From Octopus bimaculoides (taxonomy: Eukaryota), in NCBI RefSeq assembly GCF_001194135.2, contig NC_069001.1, forward strand, positions 32,702,190 to 32,766,189: DNA of 64,000 bases. The letters are read 5' to 3'. Positions within the stretch are counted from its first letter, which is position 1. The number at the start of each line of letters is the position of its first letter. Below, piece after piece: positions 38,856-51,209 of this stretch. Made by a program: the position numbers and the translations under genes. Below the pieces are notes generated by a model. The model was not told the origin of the DNA. It saw nothing but the letters and a program-made list of their open reading frames with translations, and did no database searches.

Positions 38856-40369
38856 CCACGCAGTATCTGCCTCCCAAATCAACTCAGAAGGCTTTGGTTG
38901 GCCTGGAGCTATAGAAGACACTTACCCAAGATACCACATGGGACTGAACTCAAGACTGCATGATTAGGAAGCAAGCTTCTTAACCACACAGTCACATCAA
39001 ATCCTTGATGCTCACCGAGGCATTGAATTTTGTTGTTTTCTTCCCACAAGTGCGCAGTATTTAAAGCATTGGGAGTTATCAATGATTTACTGGAAATTAT
39101 GACATTCATGCATTTCCCAAGAGCATTAGTAACATATAATAGAAATACAATAGCCAAAATAATTACAACTGGGAATTAAAACTGTTGTTGTTGCTAAGTT
39201 GACCCACAAACAGCTTTATTGACTATGTCTGTGTCATTTACCATTTATAAATATTAAATTTCCTTCAAAATTTCTCGTCATCTTCTAGCTACCCAACCAA
39301 TTTCATGAAAACAACCTTGTTTCTTCATCTGCTGTCAACATTAAATGTTTTACTAGTGAAAGGTTAGAAATATAAAAGCATGAAGTCTGTTGGATTAGAT
39401 TGAAATCAAGCAAAATCAAAATAGATTTATTGCCATTTAGTCTTTTAGCATTTAAACTGGCCATTTAAATATTCCACGTGTTTTACGTTCAAACTGACCA
39501 AATTCAGCCTCTCACACCTACCATAAAATGTCATTCTAAAGATATACAATCAAACAATTGAGATCTAGAAGCAGTGAGGTAATGCATGATTAATTCAAAC
39601 TAATTTGAATAAATAAGTATGCTTCACAGAATAAAAGAGTTGAAAGTGATTGTTGTGGTAATAATATTGCTTCTGTCACAGTTAATTATTTTTTAATAAG
39701 CCCACTGGCTATTTATGACTCCAGTGCCTAATCAGGCTTTGAGATTCTATGTATATTGTTATCTCTAGCTTTCGGGTGTCTACCACTGACAAGGACAAGG
39801 AAGGCTGAAATCACGTGATCTGGTAGGCTTGGAAGTGATGGCAGGTGATTATCTCTCAGTAGTAATGTAAGCACGAGTGCTTATATGCACCACAAGTTCA
39901 TATGAGAATCTCTCTCATGGTAAATAACACAGCATCCACTTTTAGGTGGGGATAAATATTACTTTTTGGTATTAATACTGCTTCTGTCACTGTTGATTAT
40001 AAATTAGATTTCTTTCTAGAAATATTAACTTTTTTTTCGTTTTTACGATAATGTTTCTTGCTGATGGTTTTGTTAATATTGGTTACATTTGCAATGAGCA
40101 GCCATGAAGGAATGACACTGGTAAGCAAAATGAAGTGTCATTGTTGCTTGATTCCAGTCAACATTGATCGAGTTGGCCCATGATCAAAAGCATTCTAGCC
40201 ATGACCATCTCAACATTTTAGAAGTATGTTGGACTATATTAACCAATGTGTCCTTTGTTTATTTAAGATGTTGGGGTGTGATGGGAGATTTGGCTGCAAG
40301 TTCCTACAGGATCAGTGACCACACAGAGGCTTCTTTGATGACACAGAAGTAAAGTGATTTGTCATGTAT

Positions 40370-40600
40370 TAATTAGTCAGTATCTATCAATCAAATGTCA
40401 GTATCAATCAATAGTCAGTTTCTTTCAATCAAAAAAGTCAGTATCAATCAAATGTCAGTGACTGTCAGTGGTCAGTATCTATCAATCAAAAGTTAGTATC
40501 AATCAGTATCTATCGATTACAAGTTGATATCAGCCAATGGTTAGTATCTATCTGTCGAAAGTCAGTATCAATCAATGGTCAGTTTCTATCACAGTATCTA
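40370..40600. repeat. Degenerate ~17-21-bp minisatellite (gtcagtatc(tatc)aatcaaat)
   Basis: About 11 visible units. Confidence 0.85.
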
Positions 40601-40899
40601 CCCTAAGTCTCTCTCTCTCACAAAAGTGTCTGTCTGGTGCCACATATAAGCACCCATGTGGTGCCATGTAAAAGCATCCCACACACTCTGTAAAGTGGTT
40701 GGAATTAGGAAGGGAATCCAGCTATAGAAACCATGCCAAATCAAACTGGAGTCTGATGCCCCCCCCCCCTCCAGCTTGCCAGCTCTAGTCATACCGCCCA
40801 ACCCATGTCAGCATGCACAATAAACATTAAATGATGATGATTCTGCCTGCTCACCACTTTTTTCTAATTCCATTAATAACAACTGTTACACTGTTTCAG

Positions 40900-41009
40900 A
40901 CCAACGATTTACCTTCTGTTCACGTCGGTATTAAATTTTCCTGTAAATTCAATTTGAAAGAAATTCAAGAGCGGTGGTACGCTCTTCTTTACGACCCAAT
41001 TATTTCAAA
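40900..41009 (+). CDS. MCRS1: MCRS1 coding exon 4
   Basis: TNDLPSVHVGIKFSCKFNLKEIQERWYALLYDPIIS plus AA. Flanked by cag and gtaagt, phase 2 out. Confidence 0.97.
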
Positions 41010-42099
41010 GTAAGTACCAGTTTCACTCATTATCTTTCATATATATTTGTTTTTTTTTCAAGCATTGATTTATTTTCATTGAAAAATTAATACAGTTAGA
41101 AATCTCTTTGATCTTGGCACCCATGGAATTAGACAAACACCAAATTAATGAAAAATAACAGGAATTTTGGACCAGACAGTTACAAATATCTGGGACGTTT
41201 GGATACAGATATCCACATCACTAAATGGAGAATATTACTTAAAGGCAGAAATAATATAGGCACCAATAATACAAAAAAAGCAGTAATACTTTATTATGTT
41301 TTGAACAAAATTTCAAAGCTGTACATAGATTTGTTGATGTTGTCAAATATTAAAACCTAACACTAAAAATACATATTTTAAAAATTTTACCAACCCTTCG
41401 TCTGTCCTGTGTATCACATATATTGCATGGATATCAGGGAAATGTGTCCGGTATATCATATGTGATACACAGGACATTCCCTGATATCCATGCACCATGT
41501 ATGATGCACATTATAAATTTTTTTTAACCATTGGAGTAACTTGGGACTTAAGAAAGGAAAGCTTTATATTACTCAACATGTATGAAACTAGGGCTAACTA
41601 AAAGTCTGGAAACAAGTATGCTTAGAATAAACTTATGAAGAAGCTTTGGTCAGGTAAAGAGTTAAATGAAAAACTATGATTTTATTAAAACTGATACATT
41701 GATGATTACAGACGCTAAATGATGATGATCATCATCATCATTAAAACCACAAAGCTACAAGACAATGGATGATTAATTCAAAACAATGTGAATAAATAAG
41801 CATTAGATTTCACAGAATGATCTGAATGCTAAAGGGTTAAAGTAATCCAGTTAGAAATTTTCCCTCAAAATTTCATGTTAACTGTTTTGATACCAACCTG
41901 CTTGAGATTGTCCCTGGTTCTATGATATAAACCTTCTATTTTAAAGTGATTTAAATTATCCCTGTCATGCTGTGTTCCTGCTGTAGCAGGAATAAGTTGT
42001 CATCTCTGCCAGATTCCTGGTAAAACAGTAATGAACAACATGCATAGAAAAAGAAAATGCAGTTGATTCTTTTCATTAGTTTGTCTGCAATTGTTACTC

Positions 42100-42321
42100 T
42101 TAACCCTTTCGTTACCGTATTTATTTTGAGATGCTCTGTGTTTCTTTCAATTACTTTAAATATAACAAAGAATTTAGTAAAATAACTTAGTTATCATTAA
42201 GCTACTGTTAGGAACATAAATTGTGACTAAGGTTTGGTGGAAGATTTCAATTCAAAACTTATGAAAACAAGACATTTGTACTCAGAGCCAGTTTCAGCCG
42301 AGTTGGTAACGGAAGGGTTAA
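42100..42321. mobile_element. Complete MITE with TTAA TSDs and CCCTTTCGTTACC TIRs (piggyBac-like ends)
   Basis: ttaa-ccctttcgttacc (42100-42116) ... ggtaacggaaggg-ttaa (42305-42321). Related bodies at ~42400-42560, 60660-60860 and 29780-30000. Confidence 0.85.
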
Positions 42322-43851
42322 GCTGTATATAACTATTTATTGTTTTGCTCAGGAGCCCTGGTGGAGGGTAAAGTTAGACATAGGGGGCTCAGATCTGAGA
42401 GAGTTAAAAACCTTCCATCAAAATTTCATTTTAATTTATGTTCCAAATATCAGCTTAATAATAGCAATGTTATTTTACTAAATTTTTCAAGATTTTCAAA
42501 ATTAATTGAAATAAAAAAAAACAGTGTATTTCAACAGAAATATCATAAGAAAAGGGTTAATAATTATCGTTATTTTATTTTATTCTTCATTATTTTCTTA
42601 ATTGAAATAAAGGTAATGTATTTCAACAGAAATAGAATAATGAAAGAGTTAATCCCATCGTTAGTGGTCTTCAGTCTGTGGTGTGTTGTGAAGACTCAGC
42701 TACGAATCTTAATGTTGTTCTGTCTCTTTTTCTCTAACTGACTAATGAAGTTATGTTAGTTTACTGGCCTGCAAGTATAGTAACTGGTGACCATCCCGTC
42801 ACGTGTTGGACACAATAGCCGAATAGCAGCTTATTACCTTTTTCTTTAATCTAAGAAGAGTTCAGTGCGTGATTTTAAGCATCAGGTCAAATGGCTCAAA
42901 TTACATGTCAGTTGTAATCTTTTGTTGATTGTCCTTAATTAAAAGTACAATGGTTGTGACATTAAGATGGTGGACTTACTGGCTACATGGTCATAAGATC
43001 AAATCTTGCTGCGGTCATAAGGAGGGAGTTTCACCTGGTCTCCATGGTATGTAAATGACTGAGATGAGAACACTCTCTCCTGGATGGGACACCAGTCTGT
43101 TTCAGAGTTAACTTCCAGCTATTGTTGGAACTCATTTACAGTTGGGTGGACTGGAGCAATGTGAAGTGAAGTGTTTTGCCCAAGAACACAACATACTGTC
43201 TGATCAGGGAATTGAAACCACTATCTTAAGGTGATAAGTGCCACACCCTAACCACTAGGCCATGCACCTCCGTATGCTACAACAGAAGACAAAAATCTGG
43301 AAATTATCATTAAGCACAATAAAATATACAAATTTCTGAGTTGACTCATCTTGTTAATCCATGTTTCCAAGAAAATAAAATATTAGAACAGAATGTTTTT
43401 TGCATGGGGTAATTTATAAAATTTGGCTTGGCTGTTTGGTTACGCTCACTTTGAAATCACATGGTTCAGGTTTAGTCACGCTGCATGGCACTTTCTTCTG
43501 TAGTGTCAGGCCAACTAATGCCTTTAAGTGTATTTGGTTAACAGGAACTGTTTAGAAGCCCATTCTGTATGTGTGTGTGTGTCCATCTCTTGACAACTGG
43601 TGTTGGTTTGTTTGCATCCCCATAACTTAGAAGCTCTGCAAATGTGACTGATAAAACAAGTAGTCAAGGGATGTTAGTTGCAGATAGATTTTTCACAAAA
43701 ATTTGGTAATAAAAGAATTATGAAACTAAAAACTTGGTTTTGTACCTTATTTATATATAAAATGCTACAATTAGCCGTCATTTTTGACGGCTCGGGACCA
43801 GCTAGTGCAATATAGGTTGTGATGTGTGTCTTTTTATTTTCTATTCCACAG

Positions 43852-43960
43852 ATTAGCTGTAACGGCAATGAAACAACTTCATCCAGATGTAATTGCTAAC
43901 ATTCAGTCAAAGACACTATTTAGTAAAGGAGAAGAGACTCTTTTAGGCAAAGTAACCTCG
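43852..43960 (+). CDS. MCRS1: MCRS1 coding exon 5
   Basis: (K)LAVTAMKQLHPDVIANIQSKTLFSKGEETLLGKVTS. Flanked by cag and gtaagt. Confidence 0.97.
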
Positions 43961-44945
43961 GTAAGTTCCAATGGCAAGGGGTCAGATATTGTTTTTGTTG
44001 CTGTCACAGTGGTCATCATCATCATCATCATCATCATCATTGTTGTCGTTTAGTCCCAAGTGAAACCTGATTGAACAAACGTATGATCACAGACGTTTCA
44101 GCCATGACCAACCTGTTTATATATCTAGGACTATATTATCTAGTGTGTCCTTTTGTGTTTTTAAGATAGTAGGATGTATTTTCTGCAGACTGATTGCATT
44201 GAGGCCCTTTTGTTAACTTGAAAGAAAAGATGCTTGTAGGTGTTTGTGATTAAGAGGCTTCCATTACAACTTTGTAGTCTTGAGTTCAATCTCACTGCAT
44301 GGTGCTTTAGGCAAAGCATCTATTTTAGCCCTGGGCCAAAATTGCCTTGTGAATGGATTTGGTAGATGGGAACTTTGTGGAAGCTCATCATATGTGTTTT
44401 GTGTGTCTTTGTGTCTATATTTGTCCTCCCCACCACTTAGAACTGTTGGTTTGTTTACACCCATGTAATTTAGCAGATTGAACTCAGAATATAAAAGCAT
44501 TTTGGCCAGCGTTTTGTCTATGGTCAATAAAATTAGATACCAGTCACATACTGGGGTTGGTGGCATTGATCCTCTCAAAATTGCTGGCCTCATTCTTATG
44601 TTAGAAACAATTATTTGAGAAATGAGCCCCACAGGGTAGGGCAGCTGCTGCAGTGAGTGTCACTGGCCATTCTCCATAGCAACACTATCTCAGTCATGTC
44701 TACAAGTTGTGGCTGAACATGCAGTTTGTTCTGGAGTGTGCTCCCTCCTCCCCCACATCTGCTACTCAGTCTCCCCACCTTTCTTTTTCTTTTTCTTTGT
44801 TTCCTTGTAATTAAATTGTGATTCAATCTATGTAAATAAAAATAATAATTGTAAACCGTTAATAAAAGCAAAAACTATTGTTGTTGTAATTATCGTTTGT
44901 CATGATTTCGATCATGATAAAATGTATTTTCCTTTCTTCCTCCAG

Positions 44946-45084
44946 ACGAGTCAACCAACTTTAGAGATTTTTCAGGATCTACTTAGTAAATACCGAGATG
45001 TATTTCACTCTTCTCGGATCGCAAAAGGTTTACAGAATCATTGGGTTTTGATGAAACAGTATCACTTATTACCAGATCAATCAG
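44946..45084 (+). CDS. MCRS1: MCRS1 coding exon 6
   Basis: TSQPTLEIFQDLLSKYRDVFHSSRIAKGLQNHWVLMKQYHLLPDQS plus G. Flanked by cag and gtaaat. Confidence 0.97.
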
Positions 45085-45409
45085 GTAAATTGCTTTCTTT
45101 AATTATATCAACAAACTGCTGCAAAAATAGTATTTTTTTCCTTTAAATACTTTTACTTATAAATCTGTATATATAATATAATGATATATGATGTGTGTGT
45201 GTGTGTGTTTATGTATATATAAAGGAAATATAAATGGTGTTTAAAATTTACGACAGCTGTTTTGGTAGAATTCTATTAATGCATTCATAGAAGATTACAT
45301 CGTAACATATAATCCACCATCATTAAGTAAAATTTTAGACAGGTGAGATCTCTTACATTGATCTGGACAAACCTAACATCAAATACATACATACATTCAT
45401 AACATGCAT

Positions 45410-45449
<40 letters not shown>

Positions 45450-45479
45450 ATTGATGAGTGTTTTTATTTCCTTCTATAG

Positions 45480-45555
45480 TTCAACCTATGCCACGAGGAG
45501 ACCACGTTTTAAATTTCTCTGATGTCGAAGATATGATGGATGATGATGCTCTACA
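45480..45555 (+). CDS. MCRS1: MCRS1 coding exon 7
   Basis: (V)QPMPRGDHVLNFSDVEDMMDDDAL plus CA. Flanked by tag and gtaagt. Confidence 0.96.
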
Positions 45556-45849
45556 GTAAGTTATTCATTTCTTTCTTTGCTATGTTCCTTAGAGAGTTAA
45601 AGCTATGGAGATGGATAGGACAGGAGAGCACCAGACTAAATGTTTCACTGCCTCAAGTTTTGGTCCTCTCCATTCTGACAGTCAAAATCTGACTTTGCTT
45701 AGTCAAATGTGTACCATTAATATATTTGTTGACTGGGGCTTGATTTCTCTTGTACCAAAAGAAATCAATATTTCCTTGGTACCTGTCTGCATGCAGACTG
45801 AATGCAAATTTCACACCAACATCTACAGCTAAAAGCTAAATTAAAAGCA

Positions 45850-46260
45850 TTTGTGCCAGGAGCATGTTAGAAGCACTTGTGCTAGTCCCACATTTGGTGC
45901 ACTTGTGCCAGGGCCACATTAAAAGCACTCGTGCCAGTGCCATGTTAAAGGCACTCATGCCAGTACCACATTGGGAGCACTTGTGCCAGTGCCACATTAA
46001 AAGCACTCGTGCCAGGAGGAGCATTTAAGAAGCACTTGTGCTAGTCCCACATTTGGTGCACTTGTGCCATGGCCACGTTAAAAGCACTTGTGCCAGTGCC
46101 ACATTAAAAGCATTCATGCCAGTGCCACATTAGGAGCACTTGTGGAAGTGTCACATTAAAAGCACTCGTGTAAGTGCTACCTTAAAAACACTTGTGCCAG
46201 TTCCACATTGGGAGCACTTGTGCCATGGTAATAGCACTTGTGCTGTGTCACATAAAAAGC
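45850..46260. repeat. ~26-bp minisatellite with a ~159-bp higher-order repeat, inside a family E element
   Basis: Monomer aaaagcacttgtgccagtgccacatt. The variant block aagcacttgtgctagtcccacatttggtgcac recurs at 45871 and 46030. Confidence 0.85.
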
Positions 46261-46690
46261 ACCCAGTACATTCTGTGAAGTGGTTGGTGTTAGGAAGGGC
46301 ATCTCACCATATAAACAATTGGAACCTAGGCAGTTCCCCCAGCTGGCCAATTCCTGTCAAGCCATCCAACAGATGCATGCATGGAAAGCGCACATTAAAT
46401 AATGTTGATGTGATGACATTTTTCTGCGTTTTGTTTTTGCATTTTCCTTTTTTTTTTTTTTCTATGGGTGAATGTTTCTTGAAGTAATTCTAGCCATCCA
46501 ACCATGAAGTAGGGAGTGAAACCTGTTTTCTTTTCTCTCCAGTCAGAATAACTGGAGCATGTGGAATTAGGTGCCTTGCACAGGGGCACAAAATAACAAC
46601 TGTTGTGAGATTTGTGGTTTTTAATTCACTTACTTAGATTGTGTCTTTTATGAATAAATCATTCAAACTGGATATCTCTTCTAATTGCAG

Positions 46691-46719
46691 GGACCCGAGA
46701 GATGAAGTGCTGGAGCATG
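46691..46719 (+). CDS. MCRS1: MCRS1 coding exon 8 (29 nt)
   Basis: (Q)DPRDEVLEH plus G. Flanked by cag and gtaaag, phases 2/1 fit the neighbouring exons. Confidence 0.95.
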
Positions 46720-47291
46720 GTAAAGATGAACCCTTTTGTTGCCCTATTTCTGTTGAAATTCACTACTTTTGTTTCAGTTAATTTTGAAAATAATGAAGAA
46801 TTCAGTAGATTAATTTAGTCATTATTAAGCTGATATTTGCAACATGAATTAGTATGAAATTTTGATGGAAGGTTTTAACAGCATCTGTACAGTGTCTTGT
46901 AAAAGCACCCAGCACACTCTGTAAAGTGGTTGGCATTAGGAAGGGCATCCAGCTGTAGAAGCCATGCCAAATCAGACTGGAGTCTGGTGCAGCTCCCCAG
47001 CCTGCCAGCTCTGGTCAAACTGTCCAACCCATGCCAGCCAGCATGGACAATGGATGTTAAGTGATGATGATGATGATGATGATAATGATGATCACTTTTA
47101 AAACAGGAAGTTTATACCATGGAATCAAGGGTGGCCTCAGGTGTGTTGGTATCAAAAGAGTTAATATTGAATCAGTGATGCCAAATACGAGGCACCAAAA
47201 TGTCTCATATCTTGTTGGGAATTACTGCAGATGCCTCGTATAAATGAACGTAGCATGAGTTGAATATTAAAATAATCTACAGATCCTGCTA

Positions 47292-47511
47292 TATACTCTT
47301 TACTCTTTTACTTGTTTCAGTCATTCGACTGTGGCCATGCTGGAGCACCGCCTTTTTAGTCGATCAAATCGACCCCAGGACTTATTCTTTGGAAGCCTAG
47401 TACTTATTCTATCGGTCTCTTTTGCCGAACCGCTAAGTTACGGGGACGTAAACACACCAGCATTGGTTGTCAAGCGATGTTGGGGGGACAAACACAGACA
47501 CACAAACATAA

Positions 47512-47559
<48 letters not shown>

Positions 47560-47716
47560 GATGGGCTTCTTTCAGTTTCCGTCTACCAAATCCACTCACA
47601 AGGCTTTGGTAGTCCCGAGGCTATAGTAGAAGACACTTGCCTAAGGTGCCACGCAGTGGGACTGGACCCAGAACCATGTGGTTGGTAAGCAAGCTACTTA
47701 CCACACAGCCACTCCT
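47292..47716 (-). mobile_element. Young full-length family A SINE
   Basis: Complete from head to the aagtaaaagagtaaagagtata tail, CpGs largely intact. Confidence 0.9.
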
Positions 47717-48244
47717 ATATATAACACTTCTTTACAAGAGAGAGTTGAATAACAAACTGTCGCCCCTGGTGATGTTCCTTCTTCCTCTGTACAGTTTTCA
47801 CAGTTTTTCTAATCCTTATTCCACTGAGACTTGTCCTCTTGCTTAGCCATGTGTGTCCACCAAACCATTAACAGAACTCCCTAAAGTGTGTGTGTTTGTG
47901 TTAGAAGTCTGATGGAAAGTCTGTAAATGGCTGAGGTGTATATAAGAGGTAAAAAAAAAAGAGTATGTAGAGAATGAGTCATAAACTGCAGCTTAGTGGA
48001 AGTGATCTTATGTTCGTTAAGGTTTGAGTTAAGAGCCTGTCATGTCTACCTGTGTATGTTTGTCAGTTTACTTCTATCTCCATGTATTTGTCTCAAGCTC
48101 AGTGTGTGTATGTCTGTGTATATCAGTTCTTATTGTGTGTGTGAGATTATGCACACGTATAGCAATGTGTTGTTTGGTGTATGTGTGTTGATCTTTGTGT
48201 CAAGTCTTAACTGTTTGTAACAATGAAACCCTGACTTGTTTCAG

Positions 48245-48337
48245 AACTGGATATTGCTGATCGGCGGAATAAAAGAGAAGTTCGGCACCTTGAACAGGAA
48301 CTCCCCAAGTGGCAGGTTTTAGTAGACAGTGTCACAG
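48245..48337 (+). CDS. MCRS1: MCRS1 coding exon 9 (coiled coil)
   Basis: (E)LDIADRRNKREVRHLEQELPKWQVLVDSVT plus G. Flanked by cag and gtaaat. Confidence 0.97.
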
Positions 48338-49242
48338 GTAAATTGACTCTTCTTATTTCATAACAACAACTAACTCACCCTTTTTCTCCATGTTTTGTTC
48401 TGTTTTATTTTCCGTTTTTTTTTTCTCTTTCCACACACACACACACACACACACACACATGACAGGCTTCCTGCTGTTTCTGTCTACCAAATTCACTTAA
48501 GTCATTGGTCAGTCTGGGGCTATAATAGAAGACAATTGCTTAAGGTGCTATGCAGTGTCACACAGCCATGCCTGTGCTTCTAATAATACTAATAATAGGG
48601 TGNNNNNNNNNNNNNNNNNNNNNNNNNNNNNNNNNNNNNNNNNNNNNNNNNNNNNNNNNNNNNNNNNNNNNNNNNNNNNNNNNNNNNNNNNNNNNNNNNN
48701 NNNNNNNNNNNNNNNNNNNNNNNNNNNNNNNNNNNNNNNNNNNNNNNNNNNNNNNNNNNNNNNNNNNNNNNNNNNNNNNNNNNNNNNNNNNNNNNNNNNN
48801 NNNNNNNNNNNNNNNNNNNNNNNNNNNNNNNNNNNNNNNNNNNNNNNNNNNNNNNNNNNNNNNNNNNNNNNNNNNNNNNNNNNNNNNNNNNNNNNNNNNN
48901 NNNNNNNNNNNNNNNNNNNNNNNNNNNNNNNNNNNNNNNNNNNNNNNNNNNNNNNNNNNNNNNNNNNNNNNNNNNNNNNNNNNNNNNNNCATGCGGGCTA
49001 AATGCTTAGTGGCATTTCATCTGTCAAGTTTCAGTTCAGCACTGGAGTCAATGTAATCAACTTGACCCCTCCTCCTCCTAAATTGCTGGCCTTGTGCCAA
49101 AATTTGAAACCAGTAATGATAATGACAATATATATATTTGTATATGAGAAATAATGATAAACACATATCATCTTTACAATTCTGGAAGCAGACTGGATGA
49201 TGATGGATCTCTACATTTAACATCAGTAGTTGTACATCTAAT

Positions 49243-49296
<54 letters not shown>

Positions 49297-50439
49297 ATTC
49301 ACTTACTTTAAAGGGTGGCGAGTTCGCCGACTCATTAACACGATAGACAAAGTACTTAGTGACATTTCTTCTTGCTTTATACTCTGAGTTCAAATTCTGT
49401 CAAGGTTGACTTTGCCTTTCACCGATAAAATAAGTACGAATTGAGCATTGGTGTTAATGCACTCAACTAGCCTTTCTCCCTACAAATTTCAGCCCCTGTG
49501 CCTGTAGTATAAAATTGTTGTTCATTTACTGGTTTCTGTCATTGGACTGCATTTAAGGAGGGACACTGTCTTCATGGGTGTCAGTTGATTGTATTTACTT
49601 CAGTACCATAGTCTTGTACATGTTTATCTGCATCTTACAAAGCATAAAGGTAAAGCTGACCTGTGTGGAATTTTAATTACAAACATAAAGAGACATGACT
49701 AAATACCACAAGACATTTTGTCAGCTGCTCTTCTGATTCTAACATCCATTTTCTGATTGAACTCTTTAGTCTTGTTGAGAGCTTGCCAAGCTCTCTGGTG
49801 CCTTCATAAAAAGCATCCAGTTATCCTCTGTAAAGTGATTGGTGATAGGAAGGGTGTCCAACTGTGGAAACCAAGTCAAAACCTTTGAAACATATGAGCA
49901 AGATTAATTATTCATTGATATGCCCCTGGACTGGCTCTTGTGCGGGTGGCACATAAAATACACCATTTTGAGCGTGGCCGTTGCCAGTACCGCCTGACTG
50001 GCCTTCATGCCGGTGGCACGTAAAAGCACCCACTACACTCTCGGAGTGGTTGGCGTTAGGAAGGGCATCCAGCTGTAGAAACTCTGCCAGATCAGATTGG
50101 AGCCTGGTGCAGCCATCTGGTTTCACCAGTCCTCAGTCAAATCATCCAACCCATGCTAACATGGAAGGCAGACGTTAAACGATGATGATGATGATGATAA
50201 GTATTGTTAATTACCCTTAATCTAGCAGAAAGGGCAGAGTTGAATTGTAATTAGTTGATCTCAGTGTGAAATATTTAATGAATGAGTTGATGCAATAGGT
50301 CAGAGTATTTCATTGATATTTAAAAAAAAAAAAAAGGGTCGCTCCCCCCCTCCTCCACCTCCCAACATTATCTCTGTTTTTGCATACTTTGACAAAGTCT
50401 GTTTTTGCTTATGAAGGAATTTATTGATTGTGATTGCAG

Positions 50440-50522
50440 GTGTAAGCCCTCCAGACTTTGATAACCAGACACTTGCTGTACTACGAGGACGATTAGTTCG
50501 TTATTTAATGAGATCAAAAGAG
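50440..50522 (+). CDS. MCRS1: MCRS1 coding exon 10
   Basis: (G)VSPPDFDNQTLAVLRGRLVRYLMRSKE. Flanked by cag and gtaagt. Confidence 0.97.
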
Positions 50523-51175
50523 GTAAGTTTATTGACTTGTGCCGTCGTTATCACCGCCTGTTATCATCGTTATCGTCACCAACCTCACTCTTACCGTCCT
50601 CCAGCATGTCACTGAGCAATGAAGGAGACACTTCATGAGTACCTGATCTACTGGAAATAGCAGTTAAATCCCCTCAACTTACTACTTATCAATTTAGAAA
50701 AGAACAGGTTAAATAATTAATGTGTTCATGTAAATAAGTAAAAGATGAGATGGTCATGGCTGGAATGCCTTTTATGACTGGCCTACTTAACAAAAGGCAG
50801 TCTAACTACGAAGCATCTCATCTCTGAGATCTTGTCTTCTTATGTGGCACTGGTGCCAGTGCCGCATAAAAAGCACCCAGTGCACTCTGTAAAGTGGTTG
50901 GCATTAGTAAAGGGCATCCAACCATAGGTATCATGTCAAAGCAGACATTAGAGCTTGGTGCAATCCTCTGGGTCACTGGCTCCTGTCAAACTGTCCAACC
51001 CATGCCAGCATAAAAAATGGTGATGATGATGATAACCAGTTCCAATACTGTCCAGATTGTCCATTACAATAACTACTAAATTTAACTTGATATTGCTATA
51101 TGCACTACTGCTGTTGAACTAGACATAATGTAAATAAATGTAAATTAAAGAGGACAAAATAAATATATATCTATA

Positions 51176-51209
<34 letters not shown>

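Noticed and set aside
45850-46260. CRISPR-like regular repeats (also 54200-54562 and 57570-58480)
   Set aside because: No unique spacers, no cas genes, eukaryotic context.
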